From Felis catus (Eukaryota): a DNA stretch of 64,000 nt. A program made the position numbers and the translations under genes. The notes under the pieces were generated by a model that was not told the origin of the DNA, did not search any database, and was given only the letters and a program-made list of their open reading frames with translations. Where the stretch lies: contig NC_058368.1 of assembly GCF_018350175.1 (NCBI RefSeq), forward strand, positions 66,218,001 through 66,282,000, given 5' to 3'. Below, piece by piece: positions 1 to 13,393 of this stretch. Within the stretch, counting starts at the first letter, position 1; every line of letters starts with the position of its first letter.

Positions 1-849
1 ACCTGGTGTGAAACAAATGACCTTGATATTGTAATTTATAACCTTCTCTTAAAAAGAAAGTCGGTACACCATGAACCTAGCGTTGTACTGCCTGGCCAGA
101 TACCACACAACAAGCTAAATATATTGTCCAGAATTGTGTATTCTGTGCTACACGTTCCCTCTTTAGCTATGCATTCTCCCTCTATTAAGTTACTGCCAGG
201 CACAGGTGATTTATTAAGATGAGAAGCAGACATTGCTAAAACAGGAAGAAAAGCAGAAAAGAAATAAATGTTTCCTCAGAAGCCACAAAGGAGAACAGAT
301 GTCAGCAGGAGCAGATGTATGCTTCTCCGGGGTGAAAGAACGAATATTTAATGCAATCAGAATCCCAGGAACGTCAGTAACCAAGAAAGCGGAATATCGA
401 AAACTTTGCAGAACTCCTTCATGTGATGTTATGCATCCCTAAGTGCCCCCCAAAGAAGCACAAACTACCAGTGACAAATGTTCCCAAACTATTTTTTTAA
501 AGAGGAAAAATGAGAATGGCCCAGGTTATTTCTATATGCAAGGTTATATTTGTCCTGTTTTCAGCATCGGAAACCCATGCAGAACATTTGCCTTTAGGAA
601 GACGTTGTAACTTCTGCATCCTATTTAGCTCAATCAGCTAAATGGCTAATGTCTACTTATGACCCTCATGTGACATCATGAATGATTAATTCCTTCCAAA
701 GTTCAACGTGTGAGGAAACAAAGTGTAAACTGTTGAGGTAAACATCTTGAGAAAAGTGACTGAATGAAATGGCCAAATTGTTTCCCTCTAAAGTATAAAG
801 CAGTGATGACTACAAAAAAAAAAAAAATGTGGAACTTCTATGTATCAAC

Positions 850-1245
850 AACCCAGATAAAGGCACTGGGGAGAATATTTGCAGCAAATATGACTTTAAG
901 AAGCATATGATACATGAGTTATATAAAGAGCTCCCATATATGGATTTTTTAAATGAACACTTTAACAGTCAATTTTTCAATGGTTTTGAACCAATAATTA
1001 ACAAGGAAAGAGCTAAAGTTAGTTAGTAAACATTAAAATAATGTTAAACCCTACTACAGCACTGTAGGAAAAAACCAAGTGATATTAATTGTTACCAATC
1101 AATTGGCAAAGTTTTTAAATGAAAAATAAACATAGTAGCTTGGTTATGATAAAATACACAAAATCATATATGTTCTTTAGGTGATACATGTATTTAAGGC
1201 TTTTGGGAAGCAAGAAGAAATATTGACAATATTTATATGTTTTAA
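850..1245 (+). mobile_element. Highly decayed L1M fragment (ORF2 3' region-like)
   Basis: A-rich segment with L1-like motifs (ggggagaatatttgcagcaaatatgac, tatataaagagctcc, aattggcaaagtttttaaa). Boundaries approximate. Confidence 0.45.
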
Positions 1246-1257
1246 CATAGTCATTTT

Positions 1258-1479
1258 GGGGCACCTGGGCTCAGTCAGTTAAGCATCTGACTTTGGCTCA
1301 GGTCACGATCTCACAGTTCATGGGTTCAAGCCCCACACTCGGCTCTGTGCTAACAGCTCAGAGCCTAGAACCCCTTTGGATTCTGTGTCTCCATCTCTGT
1401 GCCCCTTCCCTGCTTGTGCTCTGTCTCTCTCTCTCTGTCTCTCTCTCTTTCTCTCAAAAATAAATAAACATTTAAAAAA
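1258..1479 (+). mobile_element. CAN-SINE (SINEC_Fc-like)
   Basis: gggcacctggg..ctcagtcagttaag head, (CT)n, aaataaataaac tail; TSD atagtcatttt at 1247-1257 and 1480-1490. Confidence 0.95.
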
Positions 1480-4435
1480 ATAGTCATTTTAGCCCTTTCC
1501 ATCTACTTTCCAAAAATAATCATATAAGTTGACAGGAATTAGAAATTGGCTATAATTTCCAGTAGCAATAACAGTAATATAATAATAATAACAAAAACCA
1601 CATGATCAAGTATAAAGACATCTTCATCATCATCTTCCTCTGAATAAATATTTATTCTTAACTTTCAAAATACTTTTTTTTTCTGTCATATGTTCATGCG
1701 GCACTTGTCATATGTCATATGTTTCCAATTCCATATGTTCCTTCTTTCCAGATCTCCATCTCCTAGTATACTTAACTAGTTTGCAATTCTTTCAAAGGCA
1801 TGTATCATTCTCTTTCAGTGACCTTTAAATATTTTATCTTCTCATATCTCCCATTATCATTCAATTGTAGAGGCATGGCAATGAAAAGTATGGTAACTTC
1901 ATTCAATGAGAAGTAGTTTAACCATACAAATTGTGTGCAAACCATGAGAAGTGATTATGCGTAATGTTGAAGAGCGATTCCAGCAATATGTTTAAATGTC
2001 TGTTGTGTACCAAAAGGGTCTAAAAAAAAAAACCACACTAAAATATACATATTATTGTATTTGACTCATGGGAAAGTGGGCTTTGCTTTTTTTTTCTTCC
2101 TTTAAATATTCAAACCTTTTCACATTTCCTTAAATAGGATGTAGTTTTCCCATAATGAAAATACAAATCATTAAAGTAATTGCTTTCTTCTGCAAAAGAC
2201 CGCTGTATCCACAAGTCTCTTTTAAGATAAAAATGAGTTTCTAGTTTCCTCCCTAACATCTCTGAGCAGCAGATTTCAGAATCTCGCTGTTTATATTCAC
2301 TCTCTTGTTCCACTGCAGCCAGGCTAAACATCTGGTGTGTGCAGCCGGCAGAGGTGGGAGCAGATAGGATGATGAATCGAACTGGCTGGAAGGAACAAGT
2401 TCTACTTTGCTGGGAGGTCCATGCACACAGTACAGTGTGCAAGCAATATTCAAACTGCGAGAGGCGTGGCCTGAACTCAGTCCCCTGTCTAGTTGCAACT
2501 GAGATCCCCCGTTCTTGTTCTTGAAGCCAGATGCAGGGTACAATTGCTGCCCGACTTAATCTAATTCTGAGGCTTTGGATCTAGCTCTGAGCACCTTGCG
2601 TCCACGGGAACTTTTTCTTGACCTGGTCCTGAACGCATCTACGTTCTTCACGCTCCTGCCTGTCTTTGGTCTTAAGCTCAGAGAAGTCGATTCTCAAGCC
2701 AATCTAGATTCAGTCATTTATATCTTTCGAAGTTGCTCCTTCCTCAGGTGTCTATAAAGACCCTGCATTTTTCTGCAGACCATCTCCCACACTCTGGAAA
2801 TACTCCTCAAAAATCTCTCTTCTCTCTCCCCTCCTCCCATAATCATGGTTTCCTCTAGTATCTTGTTGGCATTTACTTTGAGACAGTGAAGCTAAACAGA
2901 AAACTGAAACCTAAAAGGACAGGGGAGCTTAGCCATGGCCTCACCGGTCCTGTGCAGGAGAAGTAGAAATTCACTCAGTTTCCTGACTCACGGGGGTTCC
3001 TGATGGCCTGCTCTGTGTCTTTTTCAGTCATCCTCCATCACTGTTTACGTATGTGGAGCTTTGTTTCTTTTTTACTGAGGTCATGTTTTTCCCTGGGAGG
3101 TATTGATCTCTGGTAGACTTCTAAAAGTTTTTAAAAAACAACAAAAGTGATATGAACTCTAATTGCAACCCATTTGTCAAAAATAAAGGAAAAAAACTCA
3201 TCTAACTGCTGTTCACAAGCTTTTTGACAGGCTTCCTCTAAAAGTTACTATTTCCGTAGGTAGCTGAAAAAGCACAACAGGAGGAAAATTTTGCTTTTGC
3301 CTATGACTTTTTCCTTGGAGAGCAATATCACTAGGAAATTCACTTTTTTCTATGCCTTTTCTTTACCGAATAAGGCCATTACATTGGAGGTAAAATATCT
3401 GCCCAGAAAAGGAAGGTGTGATCAGAAAATAAAATTATTTCACTCAACAGATACAAGAAGCTATTACACTGCTATTGGGATTTAGAGAGAAATATTGCCT
3501 GGGGCCAAGGTGCTTACCATCCCAATAGAGCAAGGAGGCATATAAACGAAATGGTGCGATGATGTGTTGCAGGTCCTATTTGCGTGTGGGATTTAGTAGC
3601 AGCATATGGGGAGAAGGGTGTGGATGGGACGGTCTGCCTTGGGAATGGGACTCCTACGTGAAGGCTTAGAAAGGGGGCAGATAGGTGTGAGGTGAGTGAT
3701 AAGGCTCAGAGACATCATTGCAGAGGGTAGCCATGGAGGGCTTTACACAAACAAATCCCATGGCCAGCACTATCAACAGTTGTTAGTTCCTAGGTTCATC
3801 TGGTGCTAAATTATGTGATGCTAAATTATGAGCTCTAACTCCCTGAGACATATGTTCTTTGGTTGAGACCTCACCACGTGTTGGACTCCCACTCTTCTAC
3901 ATTGATAAAGAGGCTGTTGAGTGGTGTCCATTTGTATTTGATACCCTTCTTCAAATATGGCAATTTGATCAACTGAATGCAGTCTTTGGAGCCACAATAG
4001 ATGCATTTTGTGCTTAAGTAGATAATGAAAATAGCAAGAAAAATCAATGAATTAAACCACTGTTTGAAGGCATTCTTGCCATATTGAAATGTAAGCTGTT
4101 TGGAGTGAGCAGCATGCAGGAGGAGTGACTGTTCACAGAAGAGATAACAGAAGATAAGTGGCCTTCTTCTCCCTTAGCAATCAGTGTTTATTTGTCCTTA
4201 GCAATTTTCTTAATTTTCTGCTGGGCGTCCATGTCTCTTTCAAAATAGAATAATCTACTGGAAATGAAGTTGATCAATAGGCGATCCCGAGGGGGTTTTT
4301 TAAAGTGTTTTTTTAAACCTAGAAATCAGTAGGGACAGACCAGTAAGCAAAAGATACATCCTTGTTCTAATATATCTGTCTTCTCAGTTCAAAGGGAAGG
4401 GTATGTGTGCGTGTGCATGCTTTCAGAGATTAGAG

Positions 4436-4590
4436 CAGTGGTCCTCAGCCTATGGAGCATCAGAGTCACCCGTAGGGCTCCTGCAAGCACAGGTGGCTTC
4501 TACTTCAGGTGATCTGGGGCAGAACCTGAGATTTGGCATTTACGGTAGGTTCCCAGGTGGTGTGGTCTGTTGCCCCTCACACCAGCTCTT
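4436..4590. mobile_element. MER5A-like hAT-Charlie relic
   Basis: Starts cagtggtcctca and contains catcagagtcacc and gaacctgagatttggcattt..ttcccaggtg, resembling MER5A. Confidence 0.65.
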
Positions 4591-4717
4591 GCTAGCACGC
4601 GAGAGAGGAGCTCTAAAACCCTGATGGTTCAACTCATCATACAGCCGGGATCTAGTGGAAGGTAATCTTTGCTACCATATGAAGATTTTATTTACTTTTC
4701 CTAAAGAATCAAAAATT

Positions 4718-4870
4718 TAGAGCTGGGAAGGGCTTGAAACATTATCTAACTTAACCTGGTGTCTACAGATCAAGACAGTGAGGCCCCCGAGAGATTCACT
4801 GACTTGATGGAGGACACACAGACACTTACTGGTGACTCCAGGAACAATACACATTTGTCTCCGAACTCCC
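4718..4870 (-). mobile_element. MIR fragment
   Basis: Reverse MIR core: tacagat..gaggcccccgagaga..tgacttg..acacacag. Confidence 0.55.
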
Positions 4871-5022
4871 AACCTCCACCATCTTTGCAACGTGGCACCT
4901 GGCTTTTGTAGCTTCAGTTGCAGAGGCATTTATAAATCAGCTTGTTACAAGGTCCACTACCTCATAAAAATGGGACAAGTGTTGGAGCACCACTGCCACA
5001 TTTTTTACATGGTTGGGAAGGA

Positions 5023-5205
5023 AAATGAGCTAGCACTTACAGAGCATCTGCTGAGTCCTGGCACCGTGGTTTACATGCATTGGTGTAATTAATGTGTACA
5101 GCATGGGAGGAATAAGTAAGGTTATCCTTATTTTTCTGATGTGGCAACTGAGGCGCTGAGAGCCTGCATGACTTAACTCCCAGTCGCACGGCTGGGAAGT
5201 GGCAG
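5023..5205 (-). mobile_element. MIR fragment
   Basis: gctagcacttacagagcatctgc..cctggcaccgtg..gatgtggcaactgaggc..gacttaac..gtcgcacggctgggaagtggcag. Confidence 0.7.
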
Positions 5206-6254
5206 CAGGATGACCAGTGCAAGCTGAGAGATCACCGAGCCAGGCCCTAGAGACCCGGTAGTCAGTGCGTCCTCCTCTGGGAAAGGGAACAGTGTTCCAG
5301 AGGGAACAGTGCCTTGGTGGTGTGGTGACAAGGATGACTGTCGGACCCAGAGAAACCTGGCAGGCTTCCATCACTGGAACGGGGATATGACAAAGGAACT
5401 TAGTGTCAGGAAAAAGGCAAAAACTCGTGACACTGGAATCGGGTTACAAAGTCAGAAGCTGATTCACAGAAAGGCTGGCCTGATACTTGGTGCGAGTTGG
5501 TCCCAGCTGGCCTGGGTTGGGGGGGGGGGTGCGGGCAGAGGTCAGGTGTCTCCAGGTGTGGGGCTCCTGCCATGGTTGCAGGTATATGCACTTCATCCCT
5601 GAGTTTTGCTATGTGTAGAGCTGAACACATGTGCTTCTATGAAGAGAACATTCTATGTGTCTGTTTTAAAAATATGCAGATTACACCTTCATGTGTTTCC
5701 TGAGAGGGGAAGGTAGGAGAAAATTAGTATGGGTTTATTGGTCATTCCAAGATCCTTGGATAAGTACTAGGCTTTGCTTATGCTTATTAGGTTGCCCATT
5801 AGAATGTTTCTATCGGCAATAACTTTTGCCAGAATTTTATTGGGTAAAAAGCCTAACACTGAAATATAAGATCACATGCTTTTCATCTTTATTGTCTTAT
5901 TTTAGAGTTTTAGCTTGCCATTTCTCATCGATCATTTTGAAATGTGTTTATCAAAAGAATTGCATTTAAATGTGCGTCTTCCCTACCACTGACAGCTCTG
6001 TACAATACAAAAACGTTATCTGCTAAGTCTTTGTCATTCCTCTAGGACCCCAACATTCAGAAGTACGTTGGTCACAGTAGGCACATCATGTATATTTTAT
6101 GTTTAAATATATAGTTAATAAAGAATGTAGGCACTCAGTTGTCGTTTCTTTAAGCCAGACCTAGGCTAGACTCTTCCAGTGCAAGACGGATGGAGACAAG
6201 TAAATAGCAGTGATTACACAGAGTGATAAGGGCTAGAATAAAATGATAATGACA

Positions 6255-6440
6255 GTAATCATAATAGCATATATTCACTGTGCTCAAGCTATTTATCATA
6301 TATAGACATTCCATATATATTAACACGCATAGTCCTTACCACAACCCTGTGAAAAACAAATATTATTCTCCTCATTTTATCCATAAAGATGTTGAAGCAC
6401 ATGAAAATCAAGCAATTTGACTAACACACAGTTAGGATAT
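6255..6440 (-). mobile_element. MIR fragment
   Basis: tccttaccacaaccctgtga..attattctcctcattttat..tgaagcaca..acacacagttag. Confidence 0.65.
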
Positions 6441-6526
6441 GACATTTAGAAGACAAACTTCCGAGCTGACTAGTAACAAGCGAGACAGTTAAAAGCCAAA
6501 ATGATCACACATGGTCCACGTACACA

Positions 6527-7255
6527 TTTTTTTTTACTTTTTTTATTATGGCAAAGCATTTGTGACGTAGATTTGCCATTTTTAAGTACACAATTCAGTG
6601 GCATTAAGTATATTCACAGTTTTTGTGCAACCGTTACCACTGTCTAGCTCCAAAATTCTTCATTATCCCAAACAGAAATTTCATGCCCATGAAGCAATAA
6701 CTCCTCCTTCTCACCTCCTCCTAGCACTTGGTAATCTTTATTCTGTTTTCTGTCTCTATGAACTTGCCTGGTCTAATTGGGATTATTACAATATTTGTCC
6801 TCTTTTGTCAGGCTTCCTTCACCAAGCGTAATCGTTTCAAGGTGCATCCATGTTATAGCATGTGTCAGAACTTCATTCCTTTTAATGGCTAAGTAACATT
6901 CCATTCTGTATACACCACACTTTGTTTATCCACTCATCTGCTGATGGGCACTTGAGTCATTTTGGTTTCTGCCGTTGAGTCTTTGGCTATTGTGAATAAT
7001 GCTGCTATGAACATTGGCATGTGAGTTCCCATTTGAGTCCCTGTTTTTAATTCTTAGGCCTATACCAAGGAGTGGAATTTCTAGGTAATATGGTAATTCT
7101 ATATTTAACTTTTTGAAGAACCAGCAACTATTTTCCAGTGGCTGCACCATTTTACCTTGTCGTCAACAATATAACAAATATTCTGACTTTTTCACAGCCT
7201 CACCAAAACTTGTTATTTCCCAGTGTATTTTTTATGTTATTATCATAATCATTCT
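6527..7255 (-). mobile_element. L1MB-like LINE-1 3' end
   Basis: Reverse L1 3' UTR/ORF2 end: ttaagtacacaattcagtggcattaagtatattcaca, gtgaataatgctgctatgaacatt, ttttccagtggctgcaccattttac. Confidence 0.9.
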
Positions 7256-8207
7256 GGAAGCTCTACACACATGCTTTAACATGCTCAGTTAAAGACCCCA
7301 AAGCATGTGGTTGGCTGACATATGCTATGTGTCATCTCTTAGCTAGAAATTTGTGGAGATTAGTTTTACTCAAACCAGGGGGGAAGGGTGGAACAGGTTA
7401 AGGAATGTGGTTGTTAGATGTAGTTTCTGAGGAGGCCCTCCATCACACAGGGAACCTGTTGTTTTGGAACTACAACCTCATCGTCTTTGCATCCCTAGTG
7501 TGGAGCTCAGTGCTCCAGGCAGCAATAGGTAGCAATAAAAACATGTGGGCTTGCATAAATGTATGAATGAATGAGAGAGAGGAGTCAATGTAACGTGTTT
7601 TCCATCTTTATAGAAAATCACTTGTTAGGAAAATGTTATGTTTCCAGATATTTTTTAGGGAAAGCACTACATTTTAAATCAGAAGCCTGGTATATGGTAT
7701 GGTCTGTCTCACCAACTAGAAGTCTAATCACAACTGGGCAATAGACTCTCTCCAGGCTTCCATTCTCTTCTGTGGAATTATTGGCTCAGACTAGATCATC
7801 TTGGAGTTGCTTCCATCTCTGACATTCTAAGAAGCATCATATTATATACTATAGGCCGCCCTTTTAATGATTACTAATTTAGGACAAATCTTTATCCCAT
7901 AGTTTCAAATATAAGAGACTGGAAGTGAAGAGTGTATCAAAAAAGTTTTTTAAGTGAGAATTTTTTTTTTAAAAACATAGAAGTACAAAACTTTCCCAGA
8001 AGAAAACTGAGAAGAGTGTAAGTATAGTTTAATTTACAAATGTGAATATAGAAATATATTGCATATTCACTCAGCAATCTTTTAATGTTTAGTCAATGTA
8101 ATTTTGTTGAAATAGAGGTCCACCATGTTGTTATGAACCTATCTTGGAACAACAACGTTGGAAGATCCGGCAGTCAATCTCCTTTGACTTCATAAAAAAA
8201 AACTGGA

Positions 8208-8390
8208 GGGGCACCCGAGTGGCTCAGTCAATTGAGTGTCCAACTCTTGATTTTGGCTCAAGTCGTGATTCCACAGTCGTGGGATTGAACCCTGAATTGG
8301 GCTCCACACTGAGCATGCAACCTGCTTGGGATTCTCTCTCCTATTTTCTGCCCCTCCCTCACTTGAGCTCTTTCTCTTTGAAAAAAAAAA
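8208..8390 (+). mobile_element. CAN-SINE (older subfamily)
   Basis: ggggcacccgagtggctcagtc head; A tail; flanking aaaaaaaactgg on both sides. Confidence 0.9.
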
Positions 8391-8489
8391 ACTGGGGAAA
8401 AAAACTGGAAAGAGAGAACTATATAAAAAGAAGGTTTCTAGTCTCTCTGCTTCAGGCAACATATGCACCTTCCTTCTAAAGGAAGTCTT

Positions 8490-8909
8490 GGGGCACCTGG
8501 GAGGCTCAGTTGGTTAAGCGTCCAACTCTTGATTTCAGCTCAGGTCATGATCTCACAGTTCAAGCAGCGCAGAACCTAGTTGAAATTCTCTCCCTTTCTG
8601 CCCCTCCCTGCTCTCTCTCCCTCTCTCAAAATAAATAAACCTTTAAAAAATAATAATATATATAATTTTTTTATTTTTTTTTTATTTTTTTAACGTTTAT
8701 TTATTTTTGAGACAGAGAGAGACAGAGCATGAACGGGGGAGGGGCAGAGAGAGAGAGAGACACAGAATCCGAAACAGGCTCCAGGCTCTGAGCTGTCAGC
8801 ACAGAGCCCGATGCGGGGCTCAAACTCACAGACCGCAAGATCATGACCTGAGCCGAAGTCAGCCACTTAACCGACTAAGCCACCCAGGCGCCCCAATAAT
8901 ATTTTTTAA
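8490..8909 (+). mobile_element. Internally deleted CAN-SINE with its tail interrupted by a second SINE
   Basis: ggggcacctgggaggctcagttggttaag head; TSD aaaggaagtcttg at 8478-8490 and 8910-8922 brackets both elements. Confidence 0.85.
8666..8894 (-). mobile_element. CAN-SINE (SINEC_Fc-like), nested
   Basis: Poly-T/tttatttatttttgagacagagaga ... gccacccaggcgcccc; short flanking aataatat at 8652-8659 and 8895-8902. Confidence 0.95.
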
Positions 8910-9299
8910 AAAGGAAGTCTTGAGTAAATAGCTACAAGAAACTGAGGCAGGCATGTTTTAAGCAGCGTATCACCTGCATACTTGGAATTCTAATTTAAAT
9001 TTCTACTTTCAAGCTTGATTGGCTCCACTCATTGTACATCGAATTGATCAAAACAAAAATTACAGAGTCAAATTTCTGATACGGCTAAGAAAAAGAATGA
9101 TGAATCAGAAGGTAGAAGGCCATATAAGTCTTTTTTTTTTCAGCCTAAAGCATAACTGAACTTTATGGGCACCTCAGCTAGAAATGTACTCCTTTAAAAT
9201 AGTCTTACTAATTTACACAAGGGCTTGTTTTAAAAATAAAGCACCTTACCATCATCCCCAAATTTCTAAAATCAATTCAAATGTAAGATTTGATTTTAA

Positions 9300-9460
9300 T
9301 ATGAATTTGTGTATGCAACAAATTTTTATTGAGCATCCACTGTGGAACCCAGAAGACCAATTATTCTAGGTGCTGAGGTCACAACAGTGAACCAAATGGG
9401 CAAAACCTCCACCATAATGAAGCTTACAGTCCAGTGAAGAGAGAAAGACCAAAAATAAGA
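9300..9460 (-). mobile_element. L2 3' end fragment
   Basis: caacaaatttttattgagcatccactgtg..ttctaggtgctgagg..acagtgaac..gaagcttacagtccagtg. Confidence 0.7.
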
Positions 9461-11809
9461 GAAGAAAACTATACGAAATATATATACATATATATGCACG
9501 TGTGTGTGTGTGTGTATGGTGCTATAATACACATAAGATACACACTTCATTGTTAAAGAAAAATACAATTAATTTGTGTATGCCATACCTTATAATATAG
9601 AATAAGAATATTATCCGTGGGTTCCTAGACCCAGCCTTGACCAGTGTCTATATCGTGTTATGGGACGCATTACCTCTGATGAGCTAAGTAATTGCTAGAT
9701 TCACACCGCAAACAAGCCCTCAGACTGTGCAGTAGAAAAGTGACATACCTGTTAACAGGGTGAGAAATGAATACAAATGAATTCTCCACCCTCCCGGCAG
9801 CCACTGCTCCCATGTTCTTGCCCTTCTCCATCCCCCTGCCAGTTCTCTGAGAAAAGGATGAATATTGCAAGTGATGTTCACGTCATGTCTCAGTGACCTA
9901 GAAATGGGAATGTGCAGTAAGGTGTGGTGGTGCGCTAATGATGCTGAGCCAGAAAGCAGGGCAGTCACACTAAGAGGAGAGTGGTGTAATTGAAAGCAAC
10001 TTTGAACATCCGTGCCCTTTTGTTCCGCACCCCTTCCTGGGGACTGGGGTGGGTCAGTGCCCCTGAGGGCCACGGGACCACCTGAAGTTTGACCACGGGC
10101 ATGGGCACCATTCCTTGTAGCTGGTACTATCTGTACTGGGGGCCAGAGGAGTTTTATCAATAACAAAAGACTGTCGCAATGGAATCAATTAACCCAGCAT
10201 GCCTCAGAGAGCTCTGTGATGAGAGTGGTCACTTCTTTCTATCAAAAATAAGAAAAATAATATGAATCCATTTCAGTTACAAACAGAGTTTCCTTCTTTA
10301 GGTGAGAAGGGAGAAGCGAACTATGGTAGATGCCGTGGTGCCTGCTCAGATCCCTTTGTGGGGCCAGGGCACCCCCTCGCCTACCCCCAGGCTTCAGGGA
10401 TGGGCTGCTCACAGGCGTTCCCTCCTTCAGAGAAATGCAGATGGGAGCCATTGTGTTTGTCCCTCCCCAGCCCACCGCTTGGGACTGATTGAGAGGGTCA
10501 AAAGTCTGGCCCATCTAGTCTTACTGGAGACCAAGTCCAAGCTCCGGAGCTCCCCTGGGGCTGAGACTCAAACTGGTCTCCAGCTGAGACCACAGCCCTG
10601 CTGAGCATCTGTCTCTGTCCATTTCTGTGTCCCTCTTTGGCTCCCGCATAAATCACATGGAGCCAAGCGGTCTCAGGGTCTGCTCCCCAGCAGCCAGTCC
10701 TCACACAGGAGCTGACGTGAGTCACTCACCTACTGGGTTGTCAGAGCCTCTGCTAAGCACTTCTGCCTACCTCCTTTCGTTCCCCTTAATACTAAAGGAA
10801 GTGGAGCTCAGACATGTGGGTGAGCCTCCCCCAAAGTCACAGTCTAGTAGATGACTCCGAAACCATCCTCTCTCCCTGGGATCACATAGTTGCTTTACTC
10901 TCCTCTACTGCTAAGGAGAAAAGAGCCAGGGTTTGCCTCTGAATGATTAGCATCCCCATGACTCACTTTCACTGATGCTGCTATAGGGGTTCCTAATGTT
11001 TGTTGCTAAGGCTTCACCTTTTGTCACACAGACGCTCACATAGGCATCGTCCCCGTTACTTTGCTTACATCACTTGCCCAGGTGGTGGCAGATGTTTTCT
11101 TCATTATTCTTTGTTTTCTGCTTGGTAAATCTGTGTGTGGGTGGCTTAATTGTGCTGAACAGAGTCTCTTTCTCTCCTCTGTACAAAACGAGCCTGGGGG
11201 AGGACAATGAATAGGAAAAAAGAGATGTGAGGTTCACACAAGAGCAGAGGGATCCTTACCCTGTCAACTGAGGCAAGAAGAATGTGCATTTCCTGGGGAG
11301 AAGACATCAACATTAGGAGGATCTCCTATGTATTTTCTGTTGAAAACACAGTGGTATGCTCAAGGACTGCTGAGGCATGCTATTTAATGGCTGGCACACG
11401 AAGTGGTCCCAGTGTGCATTTTAATTAATGGGGGTACTACCTTCTCTCTCCCTCACCCTCTGCCTCCCACCCACCTTCCCTCCCTTCCTCCCATTCTCCT
11501 CACCCTTCTCTCTCTCTCTTCCCATACTTGGTTATCAGGTGGCCGGATGCTTTCACTTTTACGTCTGCCATAATAAACAGGATAACCGAGTGGGCTGAGT
11601 AATTCTTAGTTCTACATACAATGCAAAGCCAAGATGCAGCGGTCTAAAGATGGTTTGATTTGAAGAACTAGCCATGTGCAAGATGGCCGGCCCCATTGTC
11701 TCTTGCCCCAGTTTTATCATGTACATTAACTGTTCAAAGTACATGGTTGCATTTAATGTCCCTTCTCCCCACCAGTCTCATCCCCTCCCTTGAACACATC
11801 CTGATGAGG

Positions 11810-12430
11810 GACCATTTTCTGCAAGAATGCCAATGTCACAAAAAAAAAGACAAAGACAGCCAAAGAAATTGCTTCAGATTAAAGGGGACTAAGGGCACAA
11901 GCCAAGAAATATGACACATGATGGTAGACTGCATCCTGCATTGGAGAAAATGTTATAAAGGGGGTTACTGAGTCAGTTGACAAAGTTGGATATTGGATAC
12001 AGACTGTAGGTTAGGTATAAGTATATATCAATGTTAAATTTACTAAGGTTGATAACTGCACTGAGGGTGTGTGAGAAGATATTCTTAGGAAATACCAGTG
12101 AAGTATTACAGAGTGAGGGGTCACAATGTGTGCAACTTACCCTCAACTGGTGTAAGTTGTATATAGTAGCACAGAACTATTAATGTGTGTGCGTCCTCAC
12201 TCATATATGTTCTCAAACTCTATCCTCAAATAGCATAAGTTGTATATATTCATAGAAGGTATTCATGTATATATAGTCTCCCTCATATAGAAAACAGAGA
12301 CAGAGAAGAACTGATAAAGAGGCAGAACGTTAACAATAGATGATCCTGGGTAAAAAGTATATAAGTGTTCTTTGTACTGTTTTTGGAACTTTTCTGTGAG
12401 TTTGGAATTATTTCCCAAAGAAATGAACAA
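11810..12430 (+). mobile_element. L1MC-like LINE-1 3' UTR fragment
   Basis: ttcagattaaaggggactaa, tatcaatgttaaattt, gttctttgtactgtttttggaacttttctgtgagtttggaattatttc. Confidence 0.8.
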
Positions 12431-12622
12431 AGAAACGTCCCTTAAGATGCAGTTACGAACAGTAGGCCTGGGTTTTAGGCATGGCGCACGAGGGCTGTCT
12501 CGGTATTTGTACACCTGCAGAAAGCTGCGCCCATAAGCAGGGCCATGAGCATTTTATAAGAAATGAATTGATCCCTGGAAAACCTAGATGAGGATTACTT
12601 GTGTTGAGTATAAAATATAAAT

Positions 12623-12684
12623 CTCCTTGGTATTTCATGAGAGTCTGTGACAAGCTCCTTGGTATTTTATGGGAGTGTGGGCAG
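12623..12684. repeat. Diverged 32-bp tandem duplication
   Basis: ctccttggtatttcatgagagtctgtgacaag followed by ctccttggtattttatgggagtgtgggcag. Confidence 0.8.
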
Positions 12685-13359
12685 CATGGGCTTGCTAAGT
12701 GTGACTCAGGGATTGCTGGCCTTTAAATGACTCGAACCAGTGTCTAGCTGCAGAGGGGAGGTGTTGGCAATGTGTGGAATGAACTTAAATAGGGACTGAA
12801 GAGGCTCTTCAGAGAGTTGGGATGGCAGACCCAGACTGTCATGAATCAGGAGGGCGAGTGATGGCCTTGGAATGGCCTCTTTTCCCAATTTGTCATCGTT
12901 TGGATGAAGCTTAGATTAAAGCAGGGAACAAGAAATACCTGAAGCTGAAAATAAAAAAATAAAAAAGAGAGGCAAGGTTGAAGGAAGCAAAGAAATTGAG
13001 ACTTATCTTTCCATTTATATAAATCCAGTCCCCACAGGCCCTCTGGCTCCTCTGTTGAGGAGCTCCCCACTGAAAGTTCCTTTTCCGCGATGGATATGCT
13101 GAATTTTGTCTCCAAGGGGAACTGATGAGACAAAGTAGAATACCTGTGAAAGGCATGTAGGGACCAAACCCAGCTAATAAAAAAAAAAAAAATTATGCTC
13201 ACATGAACTAAATTACCTCATGTATAGAACAGAAGTTTGTGTGCTGAATCAATATGAAAAGAATATCCTCTTGTAACTTAATTAGAAGACCTCTATGTAG
13301 CACAAAATTAAATCCGTCTCATATTTTGCGCCTACCTTCCCCCTCACAATCCACAATTT

Positions 13360-13393
13360 ATGTATTTTATAAGAAATGTATTTTATAAGAAAT
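13360..13393. repeat. Perfect 16-bp tandem duplication
   Basis: (atgtattttataagaa)x2 + at. Confidence 0.85.

Noticed and set aside
2110..2910. Overlapping 60-110 aa ORFs and a - strand acceptor (ctcccctgtccttttag, AG at 2911-2912) followed by a 52-codon open frame
   Set aside because: No recognisable protein similarity, no consistent frame across the ORFs, and no partner exon.
3028..3048. Possible 21-nt + strand microexon (ttttcag|..|gtatgt)
   Set aside because: Weak donor context and no supporting evidence; expected by chance.
9720..10166. Longest ORF in the track (148 aa)
   Set aside because: Non-ATG start, no domain or coding-like composition; this length is expected by chance in 64 kb.
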